Source: an uncultured Gemmatimonadales bacterium
Lineage (GTDB): Bacteria > Gemmatimonadota > Gemmatimonadetes > Gemmatimonadales > Gemmatimonadaceae
Assembly: GCA_963793305.1 (NCBI GenBank)
Contig: CAWBZV010000003.1
Location: forward strand, 320,001-384,000
DNA: 64,000 bases
Direction of reading: 5' to 3'
Position 1 is the stretch's first letter; every line of letters begins with the position of its first letter. Shown here piece after piece: positions 49,501 to 59,092 of this stretch. Both the position numbers and the translations under genes were made by a program. The notes below the pieces were generated by a model, which was given only the letters and a program-made list of their open reading frames with translations, did no database searches and was not told where the DNA came from.

Positions 49501-50604
49501 GTGACCAGATCCGAGAAGAGAGCCGAATGGTGGGCGACGTTTCGCCGGCCTGCGCTTTGGGCGGCGGCTCTCGGTGGTGGCGCCCTCGTCTCATGCCTGC
49601 TCTTCTGGTACAGGTACCTCGACGATCTCGTCCGCGACCACCCGGGAACGCTCCCTTGGCGCCTGATCGAGGAGCTGCCCGGCGCGATTTACTGCGCGCC
49701 CCTCATAGTCGCTATCGCCACAATCGCCTGGTACGTCCCGGTGAGTCGCTCGAACTGGCGCCGAACGCTGCCGGTGCACGTCGCGACGCTGCTCGTCTTC
49801 TCTGTCATCCACACGACGCTCAACTGGGCATGCCGCGTCGTGATGTTCGCGTGGCTGGGACTCGGCCCGTACGACTACGGGCACATGCCGCTCCGCTACC
49901 TTATGGAGCTCCCTGAAGACGCGATCTTCTACTTGACCATTCAGGGAATCGTCGCGGCGGTGCGCTACTATCGCACATTGCGCGATCGCGAGATGTCGCT
50001 CGCCCAGGCCGAGCTGAGAAATCTCCGGCTGCAGCTTCAGCCGCACTTCCTGTTCAATGCGCTCAACACGATCTCGGCCACCATGTACGACGACCCGGCC
50101 GCGGCAGACACGATGATCGCCGAGCTCAGTGAGCTCCTCCGCGTGTCGCTCAAGACCGTGCACACGCAAGAAGTCCCGCTGCGCGCGGAGCTTGAGTCGC
50201 TGTCGCACTACACCGCCCTGATGCGGGCACGGTTCGGCGACAAGCTCGCGGTCGCGGTCAACGTCGACCCCGCGGCAGTAGACGCGCTCGTGCCGTCGCT
50301 GATCCTGCAGCCACTGGTCGAGAACGCGGTGCGCCACGGCAACGTGTCGCTCCTGGGTCAGGGGCGCATCGACGTCCGCGCCCGGCGCAACGGCGATCAG
50401 TTGACGATCGACGTGCTCGACGACGGACCCGGCACAACCACGCCGGAGGGCAAAGGCGTGGGCCTGAGCGCGACGGCCGAGCGCCTACGGTTGTTGTACG
50501 GCGACGCGCATCGGTTCAGCGCCGGCAACGCGAACGCGACAGTCGGCGGCGGTTCCGGGTTCGCGGTTGCGATCGCCATCCCGTTCCGCCCGTGCGCGTC
50601 CTGA
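49501..50604 (+). CDS. LytS/YehU-type sensor histidine kinase
   Basis: TM sensor; QLQPHFLFNALNTIS, LQPLVENAVRHG, DDGPG, GVGL. Confidence 0.93.
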   Translation: MTRSEKRAEWWATFRRPALWAAALGGGALVSCLLFWYRYLDDLVRDHPGTLPWRLIEELPGAIYCAPLIVAIATIAWYVPVSRSNWRRTLPVHVATLLVFSVIHTTLNWACRVVMFAWLGLGPYDYGHMPLRYLMELPEDAIFYLTIQGIVAAVRYYRTLRDREMSLAQAELRNLRLQLQPHFLFNALNTISATMYDDPAAADTMIAELSELLRVSLKTVHTQEVPLRAELESLSHYTALMRARFGDKLAVAVNVDPAAVDALVPSLILQPLVENAVRHGNVSLLGQGRIDVRARRNGDQLTIDVLDDGPGTTTPEGKGVGLSATAERLRLLYGDAHRFSAGNANATVGGGSGFAVAIAIPFRPCAS

Positions 50605-51338
50605 TCGTCGACGACGAAGAGCCCGCGCGCCGCAAAATTCGCCGACTGTTGAGCGGCGAGACGGACGTCGAGATCGTCGGCGAAGCCGCGACGGGAACCG
50701 AAGCAATCGACGCGATTCGGCGGCTCACGCCTGATCTCGTGTTTCTCGATGTCCAGATACCGCCGCCCAACGGCTTCGGCATCATCGATGCCCTCGGCCG
50801 CGATAACGCGCCTGACGTCATCTTCGTGACCGCGTTCGACGAGCACGCGCTCCGCGCCTTCGAGGTCCGCGCACTCGACTACCTGCTCAAGCCGGTCACT
50901 CCAGCGCGATTGCGCGAGGCGCTCGATCGGGCGCGCGAGCGATTTGAACAATCTGAACAATCGGCCGCCCCGAGCGCGGCCCCCGCCCGACCAAAGCCCT
51001 TGGCGCGCATCCTCGTGCGCGACGACACCAAGGCTTTCTTGCTCGCCCTCGACCGCGTCGATCGCATCGAGGCCGACGGGAACTACGTACGGCTCCATTC
51101 CAATGGCCGCAGCTTCACCGTGCGTATGGCCATTGGCGCCCTCGCCGGGCGGCTCGATGCCGACCAATTCTTGCGAATCTCACGCTCCGCCATCGTCCGA
51201 CTCGATGCGATCAAAGAGCTGCACCCGTGGTTCCACGGCGACTACCATGTAATCATGACCGACGGCGCCCGCCTCACCTGGACCCGCCGTTATCGCGCCG
51301 CGGCGATGCCGGAACTCGGCGGTAGTGGCGTTTCCTAG
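50592..51338 (+). CDS. LytTR family response regulator
   Basis: LIVDDE, FLDVQ, DYLLKP, EADGNY, FLRISRSAIV. Confidence 0.93.
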   Translation: MRVLIVDDEEPARRKIRRLLSGETDVEIVGEAATGTEAIDAIRRLTPDLVFLDVQIPPPNGFGIIDALGRDNAPDVIFVTAFDEHALRAFEVRALDYLLKPVTPARLREALDRARERFEQSEQSAAPSAAPARPKPLARILVRDDTKAFLLALDRVDRIEADGNYVRLHSNGRSFTVRMAIGALAGRLDADQFLRISRSAIVRLDAIKELHPWFHGDYHVIMTDGARLTWTRRYRAAAMPELGGSGVS

Positions 51339-52341
51339 ATCGGCTCTGCGCGACGCCCTGCTCCGGCCGACAGTGGCCGTCCTCGCCGTCGGCCTCGTCG
51401 TCACCGCGACCGGCTACGCACCCGGTCCGGCCCTCGCGGCACTGTGGCGTGGGTCGTTCGGCTCGCCGTACGTAATCGTCTCGGCCACTCTGCTGCGCGC
51501 CACGCCGCTTATCCTCACCGGTCTCGCGGTCGCCATCGCGTTCCGGGCCAGCGTCTGGAACATCGGCGCCGAAGGCCAGCTGCTCGCCGGCGCCACCGCC
51601 AGTGCCGCACTCGGCGTCGCGACCGGATCCGCCCTCGGGCTCGCCGCCCTCCCCCTCGCACTCATACTTGGCGCACTCGCCGGGGCCGCGTGGGCGGGGA
51701 TCGCGGCGTGGCTCCGCCGACGGTTCGGCGTGCTCGAAGTCATCAGCACGATCATGCTCAATTTCCTGGCGCTCGAGACCGTAGGCTGGCTCGTTCGCGG
51801 ACCGCTGCAAGAGCCGACTCATATCTACCCACAGACGTCGATGCTGTCGAAAGCCTTCGATATGCCGCGATTGGCGCACACTGGGCTTCATGCTGGCTTT
51901 CTGCTGGCGCTGATAGCGGCCGTTATCGCCGGTTGGATGCTGAGAAAGACAGCCCCGGGATTTCGACTCAGGGCCACCGGAGCGAACCCTTTCGCGGCCG
52001 CGAGCGCCGGCCAAATCGATATCGACAGAACCGCCACCCGAGCCTTCCTCGTGAGCGGCGCCCTCGCCGGACTGGCCGGCGCGATCGAAGTGACCGGTGT
52101 GACCCACGCATTGTACGAAGACATCTCGCCCGGTTACGGCTACACCGCGATTGCCGTCGCCCTCCTCGCCGGGCTCGAACCATACGCCGTCATCGCCAGC
52201 GGCATCCTCTTCGGCGCACTCGAAGCCGGGGCCGCGGCGATGCAGCGCGATGCCGGTGTACCCTCCGTCGTCGTGTCAGTCGTCGAGGCCACGCTGATTC
52301 TCGTATTCCTGATTCCGAAGGCGCGTGAACGTACTGCCTGA
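51325..52341 (+). CDS. ABC transporter permease (nucleoside type, first)
   Basis: TPLILTGLAVA, NIGAEGQ, EVISTIMLN, GYGYTAIAVALL. Confidence 0.9.
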   Translation: MAFPRSALRDALLRPTVAVLAVGLVVTATGYAPGPALAALWRGSFGSPYVIVSATLLRATPLILTGLAVAIAFRASVWNIGAEGQLLAGATASAALGVATGSALGLAALPLALILGALAGAAWAGIAAWLRRRFGVLEVISTIMLNFLALETVGWLVRGPLQEPTHIYPQTSMLSKAFDMPRLAHTGLHAGFLLALIAAVIAGWMLRKTAPGFRLRATGANPFAAASAGQIDIDRTATRAFLVSGALAGLAGAIEVTGVTHALYEDISPGYGYTAIAVALLAGLEPYAVIASGILFGALEAGAAAMQRDAGVPSVVVSVVEATLILVFLIPKARERTA

Positions 52342-53224
52342 CTTCCTCGCGGCCACCGTCCGCACCGCCACCCCGCTCGCGCTCGCCGCGCTCGGCGAGA
52401 CCGTCGGCGAATCCGCCGGCGTCATTAACGTCGGGCTGGAAGGCATCATCATCACCGGGGCGTTCGCGGGGCTCGTCGGATCGATCACCGTTGGGGTCTA
52501 CACGGGCTTCGTCGCCTCGGCACTCGCCGGAATGGCCGTCGCGGCGTTGTTTGCGTTGTTCGCGGTCGTCCTTCGCGCAGATCAGATCATCACTGGAACG
52601 GCGGTGACACTCTTTGGCCTTGGGCTCACTGGCACGTTATATCGGCGGGCCTTCGGCGCGACCGGTGCCGCGCTCCGCGCGAGCACGCAGCACGCGACTG
52701 GCATTCCGGTGCTCGACAGGATTCCGATCATAGGGACCGCATTATTTGCGCAGCCCGCCATCACCTATCTCGTCTATCTCATTGTGCCAGCCCTCTGGTG
52801 GGCGCTCTACCGCACGCGACTTGGCCTCGCGCTCCGCGCCGTCGGTGAAAACCCCGAGGCGGCACGCGCCGCTGGTATCGACCCGCGAAGAATGCAATTT
52901 GGCGCCGTGCTGTTCGGCGGCATCATGGGCGGCCTGGCCGGCGGCACGCTCGTGCTGGCGCAAGTCGGCACGTTCGCCGAGGGCATGTCTGCCGGCCGCG
53001 GATTTATCGCCATCGCAGTCGTGGCGCTCGGACGATGGCACCCGCTCGGCGCCGCGATCGGCGCGCTCCTCTTTGGCGCCGCGTCGGCGCTCCAGTTTCT
53101 CTTCCAGGCCATGGGCTGGGCCGCGCCGTATCAGCTCTTCCTCGGACTCCCCTACCTCCTCACGCTCGTGGCACTCGCCGCACTCGGGCGCAGCCACCCG
53201 GCGCCGGCGGCCCTCGGCAAGTGA
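52325..53224 (+). CDS. ABC transporter permease (nucleoside type, second)
   Basis: ESAGVINVGLEG, DQIITG, RAVGENP, GRGFIAIA, LPYLLT. Confidence 0.9.
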   Translation: MNVLPDFLAATVRTATPLALAALGETVGESAGVINVGLEGIIITGAFAGLVGSITVGVYTGFVASALAGMAVAALFALFAVVLRADQIITGTAVTLFGLGLTGTLYRRAFGATGAALRASTQHATGIPVLDRIPIIGTALFAQPAITYLVYLIVPALWWALYRTRLGLALRAVGENPEAARAAGIDPRRMQFGAVLFGGIMGGLAGGTLVLAQVGTFAEGMSAGRGFIAIAVVALGRWHPLGAAIGALLFGAASALQFLFQAMGWAAPYQLFLGLPYLLTLVALAALGRSHPAPAALGK

Positions 53225-53697
53225 TCCGATCGCTTCCGCTCGAGCCGCAGCCGACGGCGCGTCAGACGCGCGAAATCTTATTTCACGTCGGCCACGAGCT
53301 GGCCGCGCTCGGCGCGCGCGTCGATCACTCGCTGATCGGCGGATTCCGGTTTCGGATGCCGCCAGCATGGTCGCTAAAAAAAGGCGGGCCCAAGTTCTTC
53401 ATGGCCATCTCGTCCGGCCGCGTCACCATCGGCGCGAACGCCGGCGAGCCGTGGCAAGTACGCTATGAGCTCAAGTTCACGGGCCTGTTGCTGCTCGTGA
53501 CTTCACTCAGCCTCATGCTGATCCTCCTCGGCGTCCCCGCCTGGGCGCGCGGGCGACTGCTCGACTCCCAGCTCGTCTTGTGGACCGTCGCGTATGCGCT
53601 ACCATATCTCCTGGCGGACGCCTACTTCCGCCGCTGGCTCAGGCACGCCTGCGCCGCGGCGCCCGTGACCAAGGCCTCCGCGCGCGGGTCTGCGTAA
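53221..53697 (+). CDS. hypothetical membrane protein
   Basis: GTG at 53221 overlapping the upstream stop; two C-terminal TMs. Confidence 0.55.
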   Translation: MIRSLPLEPQPTARQTREILFHVGHELAALGARVDHSLIGGFRFRMPPAWSLKKGGPKFFMAISSGRVTIGANAGEPWQVRYELKFTGLLLLVTSLSLMLILLGVPAWARGRLLDSQLVLWTVAYALPYLLADAYFRRWLRHACAAAPVTKASARGSA

Positions 53698-53712
53698 ACG
53701 GGAGGGCGTGCA

Positions 53713-54141
53713 ATGCGCAGAGCAGCAATCGCACTGGCTGGTGCGTGCCTCGCATTGGCATGCTCGAGGTCCAACACCATCTCGCCGGGCCCGTCGGTCG
53801 CCGGAGCGTGGGCCGCGACGGACACGACGCAGCGCGTCATGGTGCTCAACCTGACGCAGACCGGTACCCACGTCTCGGGCACCGGCGCCGTCAGCGGCAG
53901 TCCGCTCACCACAACCGGCTCGAACGAAATCTCGAGTTGCAGTTGTGTGTGTCCGTGCGCAGTCACATTTCCCGTCACGTTGGCGATCGCCGATCCATCG
54001 GGTGATACGCTCCACGCCGAGGGCGCCCTCGTTGGAGCCGCCGCGGCCTCCGACACGCTGGCGCTGAGCATCTCTCAGAGATCCGGGCCGCCGCCGGGGT
54101 TCCCCTTCGCCGGCCCGGCTATCACGCTGGTCCGCCAGTAG
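53713..54141 (+). CDS. hypothetical lipoprotein
   Basis: GGAGG RBS; LALAC lipobox; VAGAW, LNLTQTGTHVSGT. Confidence 0.7.
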   Translation: MRRAAIALAGACLALACSRSNTISPGPSVAGAWAATDTTQRVMVLNLTQTGTHVSGTGAVSGSPLTTTGSNEISSCSCVCPCAVTFPVTLAIADPSGDTLHAEGALVGAAAASDTLALSISQRSGPPPGFPFAGPAITLVRQ

Positions 54142-54159
54142 CCACTCGATAAAACGCCG

Positions 54160-54591
54160 ATGCGCATCTCGCTGATCGCCCTCGCCACCACGTGCGTCGC
54201 CTGCTCTTCTTCCGCGACGTCGCCGAAAGAATCGCTTACCGGGACATGGAACGCGACAGGTCTCGTGGGAGCCAGTGCCCAGCTCATGCTGACGCAAACC
54301 GGCGACACTGTCATTGGGACCGCCACCGTCACACAAGAGGGCGCGAACCCGGTCGTGCTACAAGTACGCGGGCAGGCCGGACTCAACGAACCGACGCTCT
54401 GCTTCCCCGTGCCGACACACGGCATCTGCGTCGTGAGCTTCGCGCTCCAGGCCGGCGACGTGGCTGGAGATACCCTGTTCTACCAGGGGCATTTCACCAC
54501 CAGCAACACGTTGCAGGGAGACGTACAGTCAACTGGCGGCCCGCTGCCGTTCCACAACGTCGATGGCGAGGCACTGCAGTTCGCGCGTTAG
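54160..54591 (+). CDS. hypothetical lipoprotein (paralog of the upstream gene)
   Basis: CVAC lipobox; LTGTW, LMLTQTGDTVIGT, GDTL shared with the neighbour. Confidence 0.7.
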   Translation: MRISLIALATTCVACSSSATSPKESLTGTWNATGLVGASAQLMLTQTGDTVIGTATVTQEGANPVVLQVRGQAGLNEPTLCFPVPTHGICVVSFALQAGDVAGDTLFYQGHFTTSNTLQGDVQSTGGPLPFHNVDGEALQFAR

Positions 54592-54609
54592 CACAGCAGC
54601 GCCCTGCGC

Positions 54610-55531
54610 CTAGCACCCCGTGTACGCGCTACTCCAGCGCAGCCGCCACTGACCCGGGGCGGAGCGCTCGATCAGCGAGTAGACACCACCGTCGCCATAG
54701 TCACGACTCAAGACGATCGTCGGCGTTCGACCGGGACCGAGGCGTACAGTCGCCAGCACCTCGTTCGTCTCGAGGTCATCCTCGGCCCCCGACTCGCGTT
54801 CTGAATAGGCGGCCACCCAGGCAATTGGCTGGTGCGTGCTGTCGCGCTCCGCGATCAAAAAGAATGTGCTCCTCGCGCGGATTCGCTTCCTCGTTCACGT
54901 GACGCGCGAGAACGGCGGCGATCCCGTCGATCCCGGGCGCAATCGAGAATCGGCCCCCGCGCTGGACCTCGAACGGCAGCCCCTTGAACGCCGGCGCCGT
55001 GTCGTTCGTGAGCGACAATGCGATGCGAGCGATATCAGCCGCCCGGCGCGCCGAGTCGACCGGCGATAGTACGGCGATCGAGTCCATCGTGAGCGCCGCC
55101 GCGTGGCCCGTGACGAAGCCGACTGCCCAAGGCCCAGGAACACCACCGGTCGCGCGATCGAGAGAGCGCACGTGAGCCGTTGGCCATGCCGTGCATTCAC
55201 CACCGAGCACGCCCACCGTCTTCGGCACAATCACCGCGGTGCCGATAAGACCGCCGCGCGCGAACAGATCAGCCTTCCCACGGCTGATGCCGCCCGTGTC
55301 CAGCGTCGAGACCGTGCCGAGCGTGCTGTCGGTAAAGTGCGGATAGATAATGGCGGCTTCGGTCTCGTTGCTGCCCGCGACAAAAAGAACGGGGCCCGCG
55401 CTCGCATCATCCCACGTCAGCGCCGATCCCGCGTTCGCGCCTGCCGCACTTCCTGACGGCTGACTCGTCGGCGCCGAGGCTCGCTTCTCGCAGGCCACGA
55501 GCGCGAGGGCGAGTATCAAACTCCGCCTCAT
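54610..55531 (-). CDS. hypothetical lipoprotein, +1 frameshift in a homopolymer near 54860
   Basis: LVAC lipobox; PREEHIL joins LIAERD...WSSAYTGC; overlaps the polA stop. Confidence 0.65.
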
Positions 55532-58485
55532 TCTTTCGTCTCCAACCAGTCGTGTCCGACGCCAATGTCGACGACGAGGGGGACGGTCAGCTCCGCCGCA
55601 TGCTCCATCTCGTGCCTGACGAGCCCTTCGACGGGCTCGAGCTCGCGCTCCGGGACCTCGAACACCAACTCGTCGTGCACCTGCAGCAGCATCTTCGCGT
55701 CCGGGTGCTCGGCTCTCAGTCGGCGGTCGATGCGAATCATCGCGATCTTGATGAGGTCAGCCGCCGATCCCTGGATCGGCGAGTTCTGCGCCGCGCGCTC
55801 GCCGAACGCTCGAATATTGTAGTTCCGATCGCGTAGCTCGGGAATGTACCGCCGACGACCAAAGATTGTTTGCACGTACCCTTGGGATTTGGCCTGCTCG
55901 ATCGTGTTATCGAGATACGCCCGAATGCCGCCAAAACGCTCGAAGTACCGCGCGATGAACGCTTTCGCCTCCGCGTGCTCGATCTTGAGCTGGCGCGAGA
56001 GCGCGTGCGGCCCCTGGCCGTAGATCGTCGCGAAGTTGACCGTCTTGGCTCTCCCCCGCATGACCGACGACACCAGATCGAGCGGGACGTCGAACAGGAT
56101 CGACGCGGTCTGCCGATGGATATCCCCGCCGGCACGAAACGCCTCGACGAACGCCGGATCGTGCGACAGATGCGCGAGCAGCCGCAGCTCGATCTGCGAA
56201 TAGTCGGCCGAGATCAGCATCGAGCCCGGTCGCGGGATGAACGCCCGACGGATCTGCCGGCCCAGCTCACCACGAATCGGGATGTTCTGCAGGTTCGGGT
56301 CGTTCGACGAGAGACGGCCCGTCGCCGCGACCGTCTGGCTGAACGATGTGTGCACCCGCCCGTCCTCGGGATGCACCATGAGCGGCAACGCGTCGAGATA
56401 CGTCCCTTCGAGCTTGAACAGCTCCCGGTACGAGAGCAGCATGACCGGCAGCACGTGCCCTTCGTCCGCCAACTCCTGCAGTACGCTCGCGTCGGTCGAC
56501 GCGCCAGTCGCCGTGCGCTTGCGAACGGTCAGCTTGAGCTTGTCGAACAGGATCGTCCGCAGTTGCGGGTTCGAGTTGATATTGAACTGCTCGCCCGCCT
56601 CGGCGTAGATCGCCTGCTCGACGCTCGCCCGCTCGCCGGCGAACTGTTCCTTCATGGCTCGAAGGCGCCCGACATCGATCGTGATGCCGGCCCATTCCAT
56701 CTCGGCCAACGTGTTGCTCAGCGGGATCTCAATGTCGTTGAACAACGGCGCCAACGCCAACTCTTCGAGCAGCGGCTCGAAGATCGACCGGAGGCGCCCG
56801 ACGCTATCGACATCCGCGCCCGCGTAATCTCGCGCGCAGACGATGGGGACCTGGTCGAACGGGATCGCGTTCTTGCCCTTCCCGCACAGCTCCTCGGCCG
56901 TCGTCCGCGTCAGATCCAAGAACTCGAGCGCTAGCTGATCCAGCGAGTGCGACCGGCGGCCCGGATCGAGCACATAGCTCGCGATCATCGGATCGAAGTC
57001 GACGCCGCGCAGCTCGATGCCGGCTCGCCGGAGCACGAGCCGCTGCCGCTTCGCGTCGTACGCCGACTTGCGCACGCTCGGGTCCTGGAACAACCCGGCG
57101 AGCGAAGCCATGGCCGCCGAATTGAGCGGCGGCAAGTTTCGCGGAGACTCGGTTGACGCGGAGAGTGCCTTTGCCGCGATGCTCGTCCCAGTGATGACCA
57201 ACGCCGCTCCGCGGCGCGTCGATGCAGCCGCTTCGGGCTGCTCGACTGGTCGGTCGAAAAGCTCGGCTTCGCCGAGCTGGGGCCCATTGGACCGCCAGTC
57301 GCGGTGACCGAACGGCAGGTAGTACGCCGTGTAGGGCTCGAGCGAGATCGCGATGCCGACGATCGTCGACCGCAGCGGATCGTCGGGGATCGGCGCCCCG
57401 GGCTCCGTCGCGGTGGCGATGCCGAACGCGAACGATCCGGCCTGCCGAGCTTCGGCCACAATGTTCTCGACCGCTTCCTGCGTCTCGACCGTCACGTAGA
57501 GTGTCGGGTGCGCCGCGGGTCGCTCGGCCTCGGTGACGTCGGTGACCGCCGATGTAGGCGTGGAGCTCGTCGGCCCAAGCTCCTTGACCAGCGTATTGAA
57601 CTCGAGCTCGATGTACAGCTGACGCAGGCGGTCGCGATCCGGCTCCTGCACCTTGATCGATTCCAGATCGAGTGTCACCGGCACATCGTCGTGAATCGTC
57701 ACCAGACGCTTGGACAATCGCGCCTGATCGTGGTACTGAAGCAGCGCTTCCCGCGGCCGCTTCTTCGTGATCTCGCCCGCGTGATCCAGGATCGATTCGA
57801 GCGGACCATACTGCCGGATCAACTCGGCCGCCGTCTTGTCGCCGATCCCCGGCACGCCCGGGATGTTGTCCGAGCTGTCCCCGACCATCGAGAAGTAATC
57901 CGTGACCAACGACGGCGGCACGCCCAGGCGCTCGTCGGCGTTCTCGACACCGACCCAGTGCTCCTTGATATCCGCCGGCCCGCCGCGGCCGGGATTGAGC
58001 AACCGAATGCCCGGGCGAACGAGCTGCTGAAAGTCTTTGTCGCCGGAGACGATCACGACCGGAAGGCCTTGCTCGACACCCTGGCGGGCGAGCGTGCCGA
58101 TCACGTCGTCGGCCTCATACCCGGGACACGTGAGCACCGGCACGTGATTCGCTTCGAGCAGTGCCGTGATACGCTCCATGCCCCGATCAAAATCAGACTG
58201 CAGCTCCTCGCTCAGCTTCTGTCGCGTCGCCTTGTACGCCGCGTACTCCTCGTGCCGAAACGAGAGCCCGGAGTCGAGCACCCATCCCAGATATTCCCCG
58301 GGAGCCAACCCGTGCTCGGTGCGTAGCAGTTTCAAGAACGTGGCGATGCCCCAGGCGGCCGAGGTATTCTCGCCGCGCTTGGTCGTCAGTGGGCGAGACA
58401 GCAGCGCGTAGAACGCCCGGTAGATGAGCGCGTAGCCATCGACCAGGAAAAGCCGCGGGGCCTTGGGGGGTTTGACTTCAGCCAT
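55528..58485 (-). CDS. polA: DNA polymerase I
   Basis: 5' nuclease (LVDG, EADD, GDKD, GDSSDNIPGV); polymerase motifs TGRLSS, ADYSQIELR, AKTVNF, QVHDEL. Confidence 0.97.
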   Translation of the reverse strand: MAEVKPPKAPRLFLVDGYALIYRAFYALLSRPLTTKRGENTSAAWGIATFLKLLRTEHGLAPGEYLGWVLDSGLSFRHEEYAAYKATRQKLSEELQSDFDRGMERITALLEANHVPVLTCPGYEADDVIGTLARQGVEQGLPVVIVSGDKDFQQLVRPGIRLLNPGRGGPADIKEHWVGVENADERLGVPPSLVTDYFSMVGDSSDNIPGVPGIGDKTAAELIRQYGPLESILDHAGEITKKRPREALLQYHDQARLSKRLVTIHDDVPVTLDLESIKVQEPDRDRLRQLYIELEFNTLVKELGPTSSTPTSAVTDVTEAERPAAHPTLYVTVETQEAVENIVAEARQAGSFAFGIATATEPGAPIPDDPLRSTIVGIAISLEPYTAYYLPFGHRDWRSNGPQLGEAELFDRPVEQPEAAASTRRGAALVITGTSIAAKALSASTESPRNLPPLNSAAMASLAGLFQDPSVRKSAYDAKRQRLVLRRAGIELRGVDFDPMIASYVLDPGRRSHSLDQLALEFLDLTRTTAEELCGKGKNAIPFDQVPIVCARDYAGADVDSVGRLRSIFEPLLEELALAPLFNDIEIPLSNTLAEMEWAGITIDVGRLRAMKEQFAGERASVEQAIYAEAGEQFNINSNPQLRTILFDKLKLTVRKRTATGASTDASVLQELADEGHVLPVMLLSYRELFKLEGTYLDALPLMVHPEDGRVHTSFSQTVAATGRLSSNDPNLQNIPIRGELGRQIRRAFIPRPGSMLISADYSQIELRLLAHLSHDPAFVEAFRAGGDIHRQTASILFDVPLDLVSSVMRGRAKTVNFATIYGQGPHALSRQLKIEHAEAKAFIARYFERFGGIRAYLDNTIEQAKSQGYVQTIFGRRRYIPELRDRNYNIRAFGERAAQNSPIQGSAADLIKIAMIRIDRRLRAEHPDAKMLLQVHDELVFEVPERELEPVEGLVRHEMEHAAELTVPLVVDIGVGHDWLETKE

Positions 58486-59092
58486 GCAAAAGAAAATTAA
58501 CGAGAATCAGCACCGCGGTTGTCGCCGCGCCTACACGGACGTTGTCGTCGACTGGTGACCGTGGCCATTCGGCCGCCGTCGCCGCCGCCGCCACCAGGAG
58601 CGCGACCCCCGCGGAGAGGCCCGCGAGCTCGTAGGCACCAAAGAACGTGACCAGGAAACACGCCGCGCTCCCCTCGACAGACTTGCCACGACCGTTATTC
58701 GGGATCAGCCGGCCGCCGAGGGGGATGCCGACGAGCGCGGCGCTCGCGTCGCCGACCGCGGCCGCCCAGGTGACGGCGATGGCATCGGCGCGCGGCAGCA
58801 TCCAGACCGCGGCCAGGCACACCAGAATCAGCCAGGTCGCCCCGGTCCATCGGTCGCGCTCCTCTGGGCGAAGTAGCGGGCCAACCGCCCGCGTGAACGT
58901 CGTCGCGACGGCCGCGGAGCGGCCTCGCGCGACTTCGAGCACCACGGCCACCGCGAGCATGCCGCCGAGTATGGCGAGGACAACGTCGCGGGGAGCGCCG
59001 GCGGTGAGAGCGAGTGGCACGCCGGCGAACACCAAGTGCAGCATCTTTCGCGTCAACTCGCGCGCGAACGTCATAGATGTCATAGATGTCAT
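58478..59092 (-). CDS. phytol/dolichol kinase-like (CTP-dependent) membrane protein
   Basis: ELTRKMLH, TGAT, GDASAALVG, KSVEGS, DDN; start overlaps the GWxTD gene stop. Confidence 0.8.
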   Translation of the reverse strand: MTSMTSMTFARELTRKMLHLVFAGVPLALTAGAPRDVVLAILGGMLAVAVVLEVARGRSAAVATTFTRAVGPLLRPEERDRWTGATWLILVCLAAVWMLPRADAIAVTWAAAVGDASAALVGIPLGGRLIPNNGRGKSVEGSAACFLVTFFGAYELAGLSAGVALLVAAAATAAEWPRSPVDDNVRVGAATTAVLILVNFLLHG

